From Paraphysomonas bandaiensis (taxonomy: Eukaryota > Protista > Chrysophyceae): a stretch of 64,000 nt of DNA. A program made the translations under genes and the position numbers. Positions within the stretch are counted from its first letter, which is position 1, and each line of letters starts with the position of its first letter. Shown here piece after piece: positions 13,179 to 25,652 of this stretch. The notes under the pieces were generated by a model, which saw only the letters and a list, made by a program, of their open reading frames with translations, searched no databases and was not told the origin of the DNA. The stretch is from positions 310,001 to 374,000 of the forward strand of contig CBFFRP010000066.1 in NCBI GenBank assembly GCA_965644295.1. Direction: 5' to 3'.

Positions 13179-15593
13179 CTAGGCCTTGCTCATGGGACTC
13201 ATGGTCACATCTGAAGTCGGCGGTGCAGCAGGTTTTCTAGAGGCAACAACTAATGCTGCCACAGAAATAGCAATTCCAACAACCGCTATCACCAGAATTG
13301 TTGATGTGAGACCCACAACGGTTGTGAGCTGATCATCATCGTCTTTGCTGGAGCTGGAGCTGGACCTTCCGTTATCATCATCATCTTCACCCAACAGTGA
13401 CGTGGAGGAGTACGACACGATCCTCCACGAAAGGGTATAGTCATTATAATTAGACACAGAGAAGGGAATTCCATTATACTCATATGATCCATCTTCAGTG
13501 ATGGAATTAGACTGCATATAGTAGCTGATTTTGCTGATATAGTAATCCCCAACATTGTAGGCTTTAAGCTGATTTTCGGCAGAAGAATCTGTAAGAGTAG
13601 CATGGCATGAGGAAGCAATCATATCGTATTCATTGTCCGCCTGGGTCTCGAATATGAATATACCTTCACCACTGCTAGCAAAATCCGACAATAAATCTTC
13701 CAACTCACTGATATAAAAGTCAATTCCAACAACCCCCACAAGTGTATTGCCATCATAAACAGGAAGGGCATATGTCATGCCGAGGGCACCATTTTGGGCA
13801 AACACATACACAGAAGAATATACGCCTGCAGCCTTGCTCACAGCCTACGCATGTGTGAATAATAACCATGTAAGATCGGCTCAAAACCATGCATCATGCT
13901 AAATACACGTAACAGGACATATTTCCACTCTACCTGGGTATACCATGGCCGAACCCTAGGGTCATACAGCTTAGTCGAAATGGGCGAACCCACTGCCCGA
14001 CCATCGTCATCCACTTCGAAGGTACTTCTAGAATAACAAACGCGCATAAGTATGTATACATACCGCTCAAATTGCAAATAAAACTGCAATGCATTACTTA
14101 CCGGTTCAAATCGTCGCCATCCTCACGAAACCATGAGACCATGTCGTATGTCTTAGTGCCCACAAAACCGATGAAAGTACCATCTTCAAAGCCCATATAG
14201 GAATCCGGTACGCCCGTTCCATGACCGTAAAAGGTATTTATAACACCCCAGAGGTAGTCCTGTAGCCCATTGTCCAGGTCCAAGGCCGTGGGTGCAGCGT
14301 AGCTACTCACAAGCTCTAAGTACATTGCGCTGTCAACCAGACCAGCCATTTGCTTCGGGACAACGAGAAATTCATCTAGGTCTCCTTGAACTATACTGAG
14401 CGTATCAAGTTCAAGCTCATATTCACAGTCATCATCGCTGATTGCATCAGCAACGACTACAATGTACCAGTGCAGTGAATCCACTACAAAATTTTTCACT
14501 GTCACATACTCGTCATTGTATTTCAGGGTCTGATCTGAAACATAGTTATTATCGAGGATATACGTGGCTGAGGTACTGATTTGCGCATCGGAAGACTGCT
14601 TTGCGTTGGTGCGGGTCTCTCCGTCTGAATTAACGACAGCTGCTCCGTTGGAGGTAGCAATGAGAGTGCCGTCCATCTCCATCATATACGCAACTTCGTT
14701 GTGTGTACTACCAGAAACAGCGGACGAGAACATTTCCGAAATGTCAACCGTTGTGAAGTCCATAGCGGCTACACCCATAATGGAGGTGCCATTATCAGAG
14801 GTAAATCCTTTGCAAGGGGTGATGCCCAGTAATCCGCTGTCCGCAAACACGTACCAATCAGACCATACCTTCGCACAGGTAAATTGACCCGATAGATCAG
14901 CTTCACATGCTGCCTTAGCGTCAATGTACCAAGGGCGAATTCGTGGATCATAAGCAAAACTAGAAACAGGTGCCGACCCGGTGGAATCTCCGTTAGCTCC
15001 ATCGTAGGTCCATATGGATGCTTGCTCCGCGTTAGCATCATAGGCCCCCGCAGATCGCCATATTAGCTGAGAGTCCGAAGCGAAATAGCCGACAAACTCT
15101 CCTCCACTTTCGTAACCCAAGTAATGACTATCCACAAGATTCAGCACAGAATCATATACAGTTCTTTGAATGGGAGGGTCTGTATCATCAATCACTTGAG
15201 GCTCAGAATTAATACCCATGTAGCCAACAGTGTCAATGAACAGATTAATGACATCTGTCGAAATCTAAAACATGTTATTACACAGAGCACCATATACCAT
15301 ATATACACATATATACACATATACATGTATATATATACATCTACACACACATAAGCATATACACCTACATACACATATATATATACACATATACATGTAT
15401 ATATACACCTACACACATACACACATACGCATATATACATACATACACATATGCTTACATCTAAATACTTCTGTAGTTCAGTGTGGAGACCTGTCGCCAC
15501 ACTATCTGTTACTGTACTCTCACAGGTGTCTCCTCTGACATGAATGTGAGGGAGTGTCAGTATGACAGCTACATACAGCAGATTACACAGCAT
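13179..15593 (-). CDS. Signal peptide + tandem dCache_1 domains + single TM receptor-like protein
   Basis: In-frame exons 15593-15459, 15264-14102, 14027-13934, 13844-13179. Hydrophobic N-terminus. Two YDPRxRPWY...Y...GV..xD motifs. C-terminal TM (VVGLTSTILVIAVVGIAISVAALVVA) followed by a ~20-aa tail. Confidence 0.85.
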
Positions 15594-15849
15594 CGGCACT
15601 TGTTCACACTAGTGTATGTGTGTTATAGTGATGAGGTGTTCAACTAGTCATAGAGAGGTGTGCAGTTTGTCAGAGGGGGTGTCCAGGGGGGGGGGGTCTA
15701 TCCACAGGGGGGGTGTATGGGTTAGTTGTTGTTGTGTACTGTCAGAGGAGTGTGTATGTTCATCATATCTTCAAACAGAGTATCCATACATACACTGCTG
15801 CTGCTGCTGTATCTAGATATGAGGGTTCTGATACATACACTGCTGTATC

Positions 15850-15995
15850 GTATGCATCTTATTTTTTCGGGAATAAATTGAAGCAAAATTCTTCTATATT
15901 ACTGCAATACAACTACGGCTGGAATACACATAATTGTTATCTCAATATACGAGGCATCTTTGAACAAAAATATACAAAGGATGCCAATACGAAAA
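15850..15995 (+). repeat. Dispersed repeat family R1 copy
   Basis: Matches 59176-59312, 63415-63526 and the reverse complement of 11310-11450. Confidence 0.85.
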
Positions 15996-16224
15996 TCTTA
16001 TCCTACCACAACTACGAAGTCCAATATCTTTATCGTACAAAGTCCAATGTAACGAAATGTTCAGCATTTAATGGACTATTTCGTGTTAAAACCGCAGTAT
16101 TTCGATTGATGAAATGAAAAAGTTATGGAATTCAACATAAAAGACACTTTTTCATGCTTTTTTTCACGATTTTTGACCTTTCTCTTCTCTACAGTGAATT
16201 TCCCATCACTCGTATGAGAGGCCA

Positions 16225-16713
16225 CCTACCTACCTACCTACCTACATACATACATACATACATACATACATACATACATACATACATACATACATACATG
16301 TACATACATACATACATACATACACACATACATACATACATACATACATACATACATACATACATACATACATACATACATACATACATACATACATACA
16401 TACATACATACATACATACATACATACATACATACATACATACATACATACATACATACATACATACATACATACATACATACATACATACATACATACA
16501 TACATACATACATACATACATACATACATACATACATACCTACCTACCTACCTACCTACCTACACACATACATATATACATACGTACATGCACACATACA
16601 TACATACATACATACATACATACATACATACATACATACATACATACATACATACATACATACATACATACATACATACATACATACATGCATACATACA
16701 TACATACATACAT
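16225..16713. repeat. (TACA)n microsatellite with short (TACC)n patches
   Basis: Read directly; ~490 bp. Confidence 0.98.
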
Positions 16714-16858
16714 GCGTAGTTAGGAATACAGTGTTTAGGGGAAATGTAGCAGTTGGCTGTAGCATGCTCCAACTGACCCAACTGATTTATACACAGCAGT
16801 GTGGTATATATAAGCCACGTAGAGTCATTACACGCAACCCCCCCTAAAGAAGAGGAGA

Positions 16859-17440
16859 ATGCCTATAAGAGCGATAGCAGCGCCCATTGCTGACAATAGA
16901 GATGAGGTAGTGGCAAATGAGTTTGCGAATTCAATGCTTCAACGTTTATCGGATGTTGATATCAATGCGTTACACGACATGATAGATACGCAGAGAACGC
17001 ATTTCATAAGCTCAGAGATCTCCTTATATGATGATCAGTCAGCTACCATAAAGAGTGCAGTAAAAACGCGTATGTGATTATTACATTTTGTTGTTATATA
17101 TAAAAAACTTTCAGTGATTCGTAATTCATGCCCGGATGCATCCGATGAGGTGATTGGCTTGATATTCACTCAAGTGGCGCTCCAGTGTAACATAGGAGCC
17201 GACTATCTGATTGGAATCAATGCCATTACTCGTTTTCATACGGTATTTGCCATATTATTATCATAACATTCTTTGCTATAATACAACTCATGTTGACCTC
17301 AGATACGACAAATGCAAGACAACATAGGAGCGTTGCAGCGTAGTATGACCGAGGTGCAACTTAACCAACAGAACATACGTAATGATTTGGCCGAGATGCA
17401 ACAAAGCCTACAGGAGATATTACGTAGACTTCCCACTTAA
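16859..17440 (+). CDS. Orphan 158-aa protein with C-terminal coiled coil (3 exons)
   Basis: Exons 16859-17069, 17115-17242, 17303-17440 join in frame across GT-AG introns and end ...NIRNDLAEMQQSLQEILRRLPT*. TATA-like tatatataag at ~16805. Confidence 0.7.
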
Positions 17441-18291
17441 TGTGTGGCAGTTATTGGATCAACCGACAACAGTGCTGAATTATAAGCCATTAGCATGTCG
17501 GTTATCCGCAAATGACAGCATCAATTGGATTTCATTGTTTGGAATACTATTTTTGGCAGCATTTGGTTAGGATTTATTGAAGAGTGGATTTTATAATGAT
17601 ATGATAAGGTTAGGGTTAGTAACTGATGACTGAATATGAAAGTTTGGCATCTTACTCAAAGCTGAGTCATTTCTCGTACTATCTTACGTCATTACTAACT
17701 TGCATGGTCACTATTTACTGCCAATTAAATTAATTGGTCTTAATATTAATTGCAGTGTCCTGCATAAGACAGGATCGGTAAGAAGATGATTGCCAGACTA
17801 CGTATAGAATAGAGATATATATCTTTAAACTAGAAGGGTATTACGATTTACGCTATGGATCGAGCTGAACTTAGTTTTGTAGCTCAAGATCAATAGGAAA
17901 GACACGTAGTCGACCGTACAAAGCTCCACACATACATATTGAATGTCTTTTTATTTAGCAATAGGCGTTAAAAACTCGTTCCGATATAGCGGCTAGTTGA
18001 ATACTAGTCTACTAGTAAGCCTCTACCCATAACTAATCAGCACAAATTCTATTATCCTACTATTTAACGCTACAGAAGCTGCTTGTGCGTCGCCGCAAGC
18101 ACCAAGGTGCAACCACTTCCGTCCCACACATACAAACATACATGTATGTACTGTTGAGTTCTGCAATATGATGTGATATATATTGTACATTGTACAATTG
18201 AAGTGAGTTAAGAGTGTGCAATAGGCGAAGTCAACACAATGGTGTAACGGGTGATTATAGTTATAAAGGAATTAAATTCAGTTACTGATGT

Positions 18292-18488
18292 GTGACTATA
18301 TATTAGATATAGGACTCACTGGTGAAGATATGATACACAGATGTTTCACCAGATGTTACACGAATACGTAGTGCAGTGTTCATATTAATAATTATATTTT
18401 CTTACTTGAAAGTGCATTGTGTTTAATAAAGCAAGATTAAGGTTTAAGTGTAGAGCAAAGTAAACTTCAGTGAAATGTCCAATTCTAA
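18292..18488 (+). repeat. Dispersed repeat family R2, copy 2
   Basis: Matches 12159-12370. Confidence 0.85.
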
Positions 18489-18599
18489 CATGTATGAAGA
18501 AGGTGATGCCGTAGATAAGATATGTCTGTACATATATTACTATCAGACCATGTAAAGTTGTTTTCTAATCATTTATCAAGATGAAGGTGCTGCTGTAAC

Positions 18600-20023
18600 T
18601 AAGAAATTGAAGCGTTTGTTATGCACTACTTAAAGTTATTAATGCCGTACACGATTCAACTTGCAGATTGCATTGTACAAGCTGCCGTACGAAACTGTAT
18701 CCTTCTGCTCTACCTCATGAGCAGTTACGATATGATTCACAATTATACCAGCACACTAGAAAAATTTACATCACTAGCACGTGGAGGAACATTGTTAAGG
18801 TTGCTGTATCCATCTGGCAGCAGCCCATTATCACTCAGGATAGTATTAACAAGTGACATCACGCACTGTACAAGCTTGAGTAAAAGCAATAACATCTCTC
18901 TTCTGTCTGTCAAACTTACAACTTATGAGACGATATGGTCATATTCCGCTCTCTCTATCTCCATAGAACCATAAATCATACAGACCGTTCAATGTTATTC
19001 TGGCTGGAAATCTCAAAACCCTTTGGGAACGAAGTGCATAATATGACCATTTTGCCAGTTAATAATTTTCCACCATTGCTCATTACATTCATTGTCTTGC
19101 ATGACGCTCTTCTTTGTCACTTCCATTTCTGTCCGCTTTGTGTCTTTGCTCTTGAACAAGCATTGAGTCACCTTTCCAGTCATAAAGTTCAATCATCAAT
19201 CAAGCTACTGAATCAGATCTACTCATCATATTCCACATCAGTACAAAATATGCCCACATGAACAAGATATAGGACCAACTGCCAGCAATGGCACAGGGAA
19301 CCAGTAACATAATCTTCGTCGCTAACATGTTACAACCATTCATATTTAACGGACTTTTACCCCCTTTTGGTTTCATGAGTTCTTTCTCCTTCAGTTCATT
19401 GATGTCTTTCTTGTAGCCATCTACGGCCTGGCTTAGTTCTACATATGGCCAAAGTAATCAGACAGATGTCTTTCGGGAATAGAATCTTCAAAATTTCATC
19501 ATCATCTAGAGCTTCAGGGTACTCTGCTTTATACCACGCTGTAATATGGCCAACCTTTGCTTGTATGCTGCTTTCATTCCTGCTTTAGTTCGTTTCTTCT
19601 TATAGTCAGATATATTATCAGCATTGGAGTCAACAGATACAACACGCTGTCGGCGTACACGGCCACTTCCTCTTCCCCTATGAGGTAACTCTTCCTCCCT
19701 GCCTGAACATGTCTCACTCATGTTTGCAGTAAGTATGGTCGAATATTGATATATGCCACTAACGGCTGTCATGTTCGAGGAGAATAGTAGAGTATTCTAA
19801 CAGTGTTTTACAACTAATAAAGTGGCTATTTCCCTGTAAAATGGTATTTTTATTATATAAAAGTGCCGGTTTTTGTGTGAAGCCTAAAGCTTCACATATG
19901 CATTGAATATGATTATCTACTATATATTTGTCCGTATTCGAGGCATATGTGAAGCTTTTGGCTTCACACTAGGGGTTTTTAGATGAGGAAAAAACCCATA
20001 GAGCTTCACATATGCAGTCCATA
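18600..20023 (-). mobile_element. Decayed, internally deleted CryptonS-like tyrosine-recombinase DNA transposon
   Basis: Minus-strand translation of ~19440-19090 gives GYKKDINELK..GGKSPL..FMWAYFVLMWNMMSRSDSVA*L..DWKGDSML..HKADRNG..RH. A C-terminal HFVPKGF/FPARITLNGLYDLWFYGD follows at ~19040-18960. TATGG (minus strand) sits at the microsatellite junction 20023-20019. Subterminal GCTTCACATATGC repeats occur at 19890, 19942 (inverted) and 20003. The left boundary is approximate. Confidence 0.7.
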
Positions 20024-20213
20024 CATACATACATACATACATACATACATACATACATACATACATACATACATACATACATACATACATACATACATAC
20101 ATACATACATACATACATACATACATACATACATACATACATACATACATACATACATACATACATACATACATACATACATACATACGTACATACATAC
20201 ATACATACATACA

Positions 20214-20247
<34 letters not shown>

Positions 20248-20495
20248 CATACATACATACATACATACATACATACATACATACATACATACATACATAC
20301 ATACATACATACATACATACATACATACATACATACATACATACATACATACATACATACATACATACATACATACATACATACATACATACATACATAC
20401 ATACATACATACATACATACATACATACATACATACATACATACATACATACATACATACATACGTACATACATACATACATACATACATACATA
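20021..20495. repeat. (TACA)n microsatellite
   Basis: Read directly; ~475 bp. Confidence 0.98.
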
Positions 20496-21591
20496 CAGCG
20501 CATTCTCGATATATCGCGGTATGTATATCGCGATACCCTTTTATATCGCGGATTTTGGTCCAGGACACTTCATCACACATAATTATAATGGAAAACTGAG
20601 GTCATTTTCTGTTACAAGGGTAAGCATTTTTTTGGTAAGCATTCCTTACCAAAAAACGCCGAAAATCAATTTCTGTTTACCCTGGTAAGCATTTTCGGGG
20701 TAAGTTTTTGAAAATGCTTACCAAAATGCTTACCCTGGAGAGAGAGTGGGGGGGTAAAATTTGGAATCCTTACCATGTAGATTTTTTGTCGGGGTAAGGA
20801 TTTTGGGGAGCATAAAAACCTCTAGATGAACATATATCCATAGTATATTAATCACATTTATTGATAACATGAGTGATAGTGAGTCAATATAAGATCCTGT
20901 CGACGACACTCTCGTTGAATGCGAACCTGAGGATGAAATGTAATGAAGCGCAAGAGTCTTTTTCTCTCATCGAAGGACGTCTGCTCATAAGAAGGATATA
21001 TGTCTCATGATATTCAATGTCGCGTGCTGCAAGAACTTCGAATACCTGTTATTGAGAAATTTCTTCGTTACATACCCTCAATAACAGGAGGCTCATGAGA
21101 CCATTCTGGAGTCATTCCCTGAGAATGCATGGAGTTCACAAATAGCAACACTTGGACACCTGATTGAAACTTGGGCAAAAGCCGAAAAAGGCGGAGACAT
21201 GTTTGGCACTTACTGAAGAGTACACTAAGGAAAATGCACTGGGGGATATTTACCTCAAACAAATGCGTAATATGACTTTGGAGTGAACATCGAAGTGCAG
21301 GCAATTGAAAGCTGAATTGAAGCATTGAGTATAAGTTTACCTTCTGTTGTTAAGTTAATACTTCTCATATAATGTCAAACTTTGATACAGAGGATGAGTA
21401 TGAGAAAACTTTTAATTGGTTAAGCAGTAGGGTTTCATTATCAAGTGACATTATAAGACAAGTACTAATAATTCAATTTACGGAAACCTTAATGCGTGTA
21501 AGAACCAGCTATCAGGTTATTTTATGCTATATGAGCTCTCTATTGTATATGCTTAAGTTTGTACATACCATCTGTACAACATAGGTTGAAT

Positions 21592-23251
21592 CAGGGATAG
21601 GGAACAATATATTGCAATACTATTGTTAGGTAGCGTTCCATCAATAGTATTGATGGATTTTTTAAACCGGCCCTACAATACTATTGCAATATATTGCAAT
21701 ATATTGTACAATATATTGCAATATATTAGTATGACTAATCAGTAAGTAAACACATCCGTAGTTTTCATTTTTAGTACTTGCCATATTTTATAAGGTCTAA
21801 GGTCACTTGATAATCAAACCCACTACTCTTAACTAATTAAAAGTTTCCTCATACTCATCCTCTGAGCCATCATCGGTGACATCATCATCACCATATTCAT
21901 TCAATATTGATTGAAATATGCTTGCATCCGGCCACAACTGTCGGTTAGCTTTCAGAAACAACAGCATATTAAGTGTAGTAGGATGCATACGTTTGCGCAA
22001 CACTGATATAATCAGTTTTGCTGCGCTGAACAGGCGTTCACACGTATTGGAAGTACATACTACATGACTCGTGCACCTGTACTTAGATATTTCAACTTTT
22101 CGCTTCTTAAGTTTTTGAGCTGATTGAAGAATTTTTTCCGCATAGCCAACTTCAGCTTCATCATCCTCTGTATTGTTGCAATAATCACTGTCTGAACGGA
22201 GATATATTCTAACAGCATCTTTCTCAGATCTTGTCAAGTCCAATTCTTCGCCTGCTTGGAGTTTTGCAATTCCATTCTCGAAATTCGGATCATTAACAAT
22301 GGGACTGTTTTTCTGTAAAGCAGATAGTGGATACTTTGGCCTAAAGTCCCTCAATAAGCCATCAAATATGTTCCGGCATTCATAAAGATTCACTTGACTT
22401 GATCCTCCAGTTTGAAGCAATTTCGAGACGCTTTCAAACTTCCTCAGGTCGTCTACAAGGGCGATTATTTCGGTATTCTGTCGAGGAGTAGGAATCATAT
22501 CAGTAACTGCAAGCGGTAAGTCTTCAATTTTTAATACATGATCTTTTATACGCATCCACTTTACGAGAACCTGAAACATAGAAGACCATCTTGTGACATT
22601 TACCCTTTCTGGTAGCAGACTGGTTTGGCCACGTAGCAATGCAGCATTCTTAATCTGCTTCAACTTCCCCATTAGTAGGTCTACTTTGCGAATAAGAGGC
22701 CTAATGCCTTCGTCAGATCTTGGTTATTCCTCTTCTCTTTGCTGCCAATGAGTTCATTGACAGCGAGATTTAGTCGGTGAGATGCACATCCAACTAGGGG
22801 TACACCTAATATATATTATAACATTCGACAATTTCACACAAGTAATACGGTGTTACCAGAATCAGTAGCCAATTTTCTGTTTGTAGCATTGTCACTATAG
22901 GATATATATACTATATTAAGAGAAGTACTGTACATACATGTGGAGAGGTGTAGAGTGCTGTTTGAGCTGGCGATACATAAAAAATAGAAAATAACATCAA
23001 AAATAGGCTTTTTTTCTTATTTTCCGGATATTTGTATACAGAGGCGTATATTTTGCACCATACAGTTGAGGATCTTCTCTTATATGACTATCATAATATT
23101 GATTGCAATATATTGCAATAGTATTGTGAGCTCTATTAACAGAAACACTATTGATGGAATATTTGACCAGTCCACCAATCAATATATTTTACAATATATT
23201 GCAATATATTGTACAATATATTGCAATACAATATATTGTTCCCTATCCCTG
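21592..23251 (-). mobile_element. hAT element (internally deleted) nested in the pogo-like element
   Basis: 23-bp TIRs CAGGGATAGGGAACAATATATTG. 8-bp TSD GGTTGAAT at 21584-21591 and 23252-23259. Many subterminal CAATATATTG palindromes. Confidence 0.95.
21833..22800 (-). pseudogene. hAT transposase C-terminal fragment
   Basis: GCASHRLNL (CxxH, ~22760-22795, frameshifted), VTRWSSMF, and TSNTCERLFSAAK..LRKRMHP..LLFLKAN (hATC dimerisation motif). The N-terminal half is missing. Confidence 0.9.
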
Positions 23252-24011
23252 GGTTGAATATTGCTATGTTCTATATTGTTATTCATAATTTTCACTCTAT
23301 CGTGTTCATTACTAACACTCTAATAATCACAACATTGTTTTACTATTATAAAGATCAATTCTTTATTATAATGACACATAATGAAGAACAAATAAGAGCA
23401 GTATCACTGCACTTCAGCAGTCAATGTCTTTAGAGGACGAAGGCGATGACGATGACGAGGATGATTGTATTAACACCAATGGAAATGATAGTGCTATTAC
23501 TGCTGTGCAAGCCGACAATGCTGTTTTAATGTTACTCGATTATGCTACCCAGGAGGGGCATTCAACAGCGCATATTGAGCTCCTCAGAAAAGTGCAGAAT
23601 AATATTCATACAGAAAGGCACAAGAATCATTCTAAGGTACAAACTTCTCTGCATCAGTTTTTTTCAGCACGTACTAAAGGTTCTGAAGTCCATGAAATTT
23701 AATAATTTTATCTTATTGTTAGCTAGGAATGTAGTAAGTGTGTTAAGAAATTGAATACCATAAATTCCATAAATAATGATATATAACTTATTTCACAAAT
23801 TCTTTGCATGTGCCATTCAGTACAAGGAGTACTATGCTATACAGACACGACATTGTGGATATATTGCACAGTCTTAAGCTCCTTAAACTTGTTCTCTATG
23901 ACTTTGCGGAATACAGTGCTGTATTTTACTATTAAATTGTATATCGCGATATTGCGATATATCGCGATTTCCTCTCCAGGACACTTTCCGCGATATATCG
24001 AGAATGCGCTG

Positions 24012-24103
24012 TACATACATACATACATACATACATACATACATACATACATACATACATACATACATACATACATACATACATACGTACATACATACAT
24101 ACA

Positions 24104-24137
<34 letters not shown>

Positions 24138-24285
24138 CATACATACATACATACATACATACATACATACATACATACATACATACATACATTTTATACA
24201 TACATACATACATACATACATACATACATACATACATACATACATACATACATACATACATACATACATACATACATACATACAT
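24012..24285. repeat. (TACA)n microsatellite (continuation of 20021-20495)
   Basis: Read directly; one TTTT interruption at ~24192. Confidence 0.98.
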
Positions 24286-24367
24286 CTTGCTTCCAGTGTA
24301 TAGTGTGTATAGTTGTCAGTTGTGGTCATGAGAAGTATAATATATCCAAACCAGTAACTTCTACATA

Positions 24368-25652
24368 ATGGACTCTCCAAAGACATCATCATTAGATCAC
24401 AATACAATCTCTGTGAGTGTATCTCCCCCTAAATATCATACGAACACTAGTGATGATAAGAGCCGTCAAGACGACACGAAACACACTTATAAAGACTCAT
24501 ATAAAGATGACAGATTAGATCACTGGTCGACTACTGAGAATGGTGCATTGATGGCTCGTGCAACTAGTTTTATATATAGGAAGATCATAGCGTCGGAGTT
24601 AGAGGGGGGATTGAAGGTATACATACGTATATATATATGTACATGTATATATAGAGTGGGAGTGGTAGCAGACACATACGTATAGATTATATGGAAAGAC
24701 TAAGAGCATATATATATAAAGTGTGTGTGATAGCAGATGTATATATGTATATATATAGAGATTGAGAGCTTATATGTAGAGAGCATATTATATTGTTATA
24801 TATGTCTCGAATAGTATATGGATGTATATTGTATCATTATGTATATATAGAGAGTATTGTATTGATACATGAGTGTGCTGTATTCTGCTCCAAATTATAT
24901 ATACTTTTATAAAAGTGTATTATTGTTTCTTTCTCGTTGGCTAATACTGAACCCACAGAACTTCTTCGAAGAGAACTGCCAAATATTTCTGAACTCGGAG
25001 GGGGTGTGTTGTGTGTTTTATTGCCAGGGTGTGTGTTATAGTTTGTTTACCAATACAGGAACAACAATTAGATTACATGCACTTATACAGAGATTATGAG
25101 AGGTGTGCTTTAAATGTCTTATGTTATGGTATTGTGGGTAAGAATTGTTTGTTACAGGCATATAGACAGATTCTTAGATGAGTTTGCTAAGCAAGAGGAA
25201 CTCACTGCAGTGGAAGTTTCGCACCGCTTGCAAGATGCAGTTCAGGGAAACAGGTACAACTTTGCGAGCTTACAGTGCACAAGTTGTAGTGTCGGTATAT
25301 ATGTGTTGTGTAACGTAGTTATCAGAGCTGCTGCGAAGAATTTGGAAATGTTACTCGCCGCTTCTGAATACTCGAAGGTGAGTGTTACTCCAAAAAGAGT
25401 TACTCCGTGATAACCGCCTGGTATTCAGTTTGTTTCAATGATGCGCCGTAAAGCTCGAGAGGTACTGTTATCATAATTGTTCATGTTAATTATGTAAGCT
25501 TTGTATACGTTTAGATACAAAAACAAAAAGATCAGGAAGCAGTCGCAGCAGCCAAGGTAACGACGACAAATAGGCGTGAGGAAGACTCACAAAAGCTATC
25601 TAACAAAAGCGATAAAGATGACGATAGTGAGGTGGAGACTGACTATAAATAG
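24368..25652 (+). CDS. BART (ARL2-binding) domain protein, ARL2BP/CFAP36-like
   Basis: Seven in-frame exons: 24368-24616, 24959-25003, 25059-25102, 25158-25253, 25326-25377, 25429-25461, 25515-25652. They give NFFEENCQIF..EQQLDYMHLYRDYERHIDRFLDEF..MLLAASEYSKFVSMMRRKA. Confidence 0.8.

Larger units (their letters stand above)
20496..24011 (+). mobile_element. Non-autonomous pogo/Tigger-like (Tc1/mariner) TIR element inserted at TA within (TACA)n
   Basis: Perfect 24-bp TIRs CAGCGCATTCTCGATATATCGCGG at 20496-20519 and 23988-24011, with TA on both sides. ORF 23424-23702 has an acidic stretch and KVQTSLHQFF, like Tigger/CENP-B transposase C-termini. Confidence 0.85.

Noticed and set aside
17605-17620. 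ggttagggttag telomere-like motif
   Set aside because: Fewer than 3 units; compatible with chance.
16154-24407. MYVC/YIHT-repeat ORFs
   Set aside because: Translations of the stop-free (TACA)n microsatellite.
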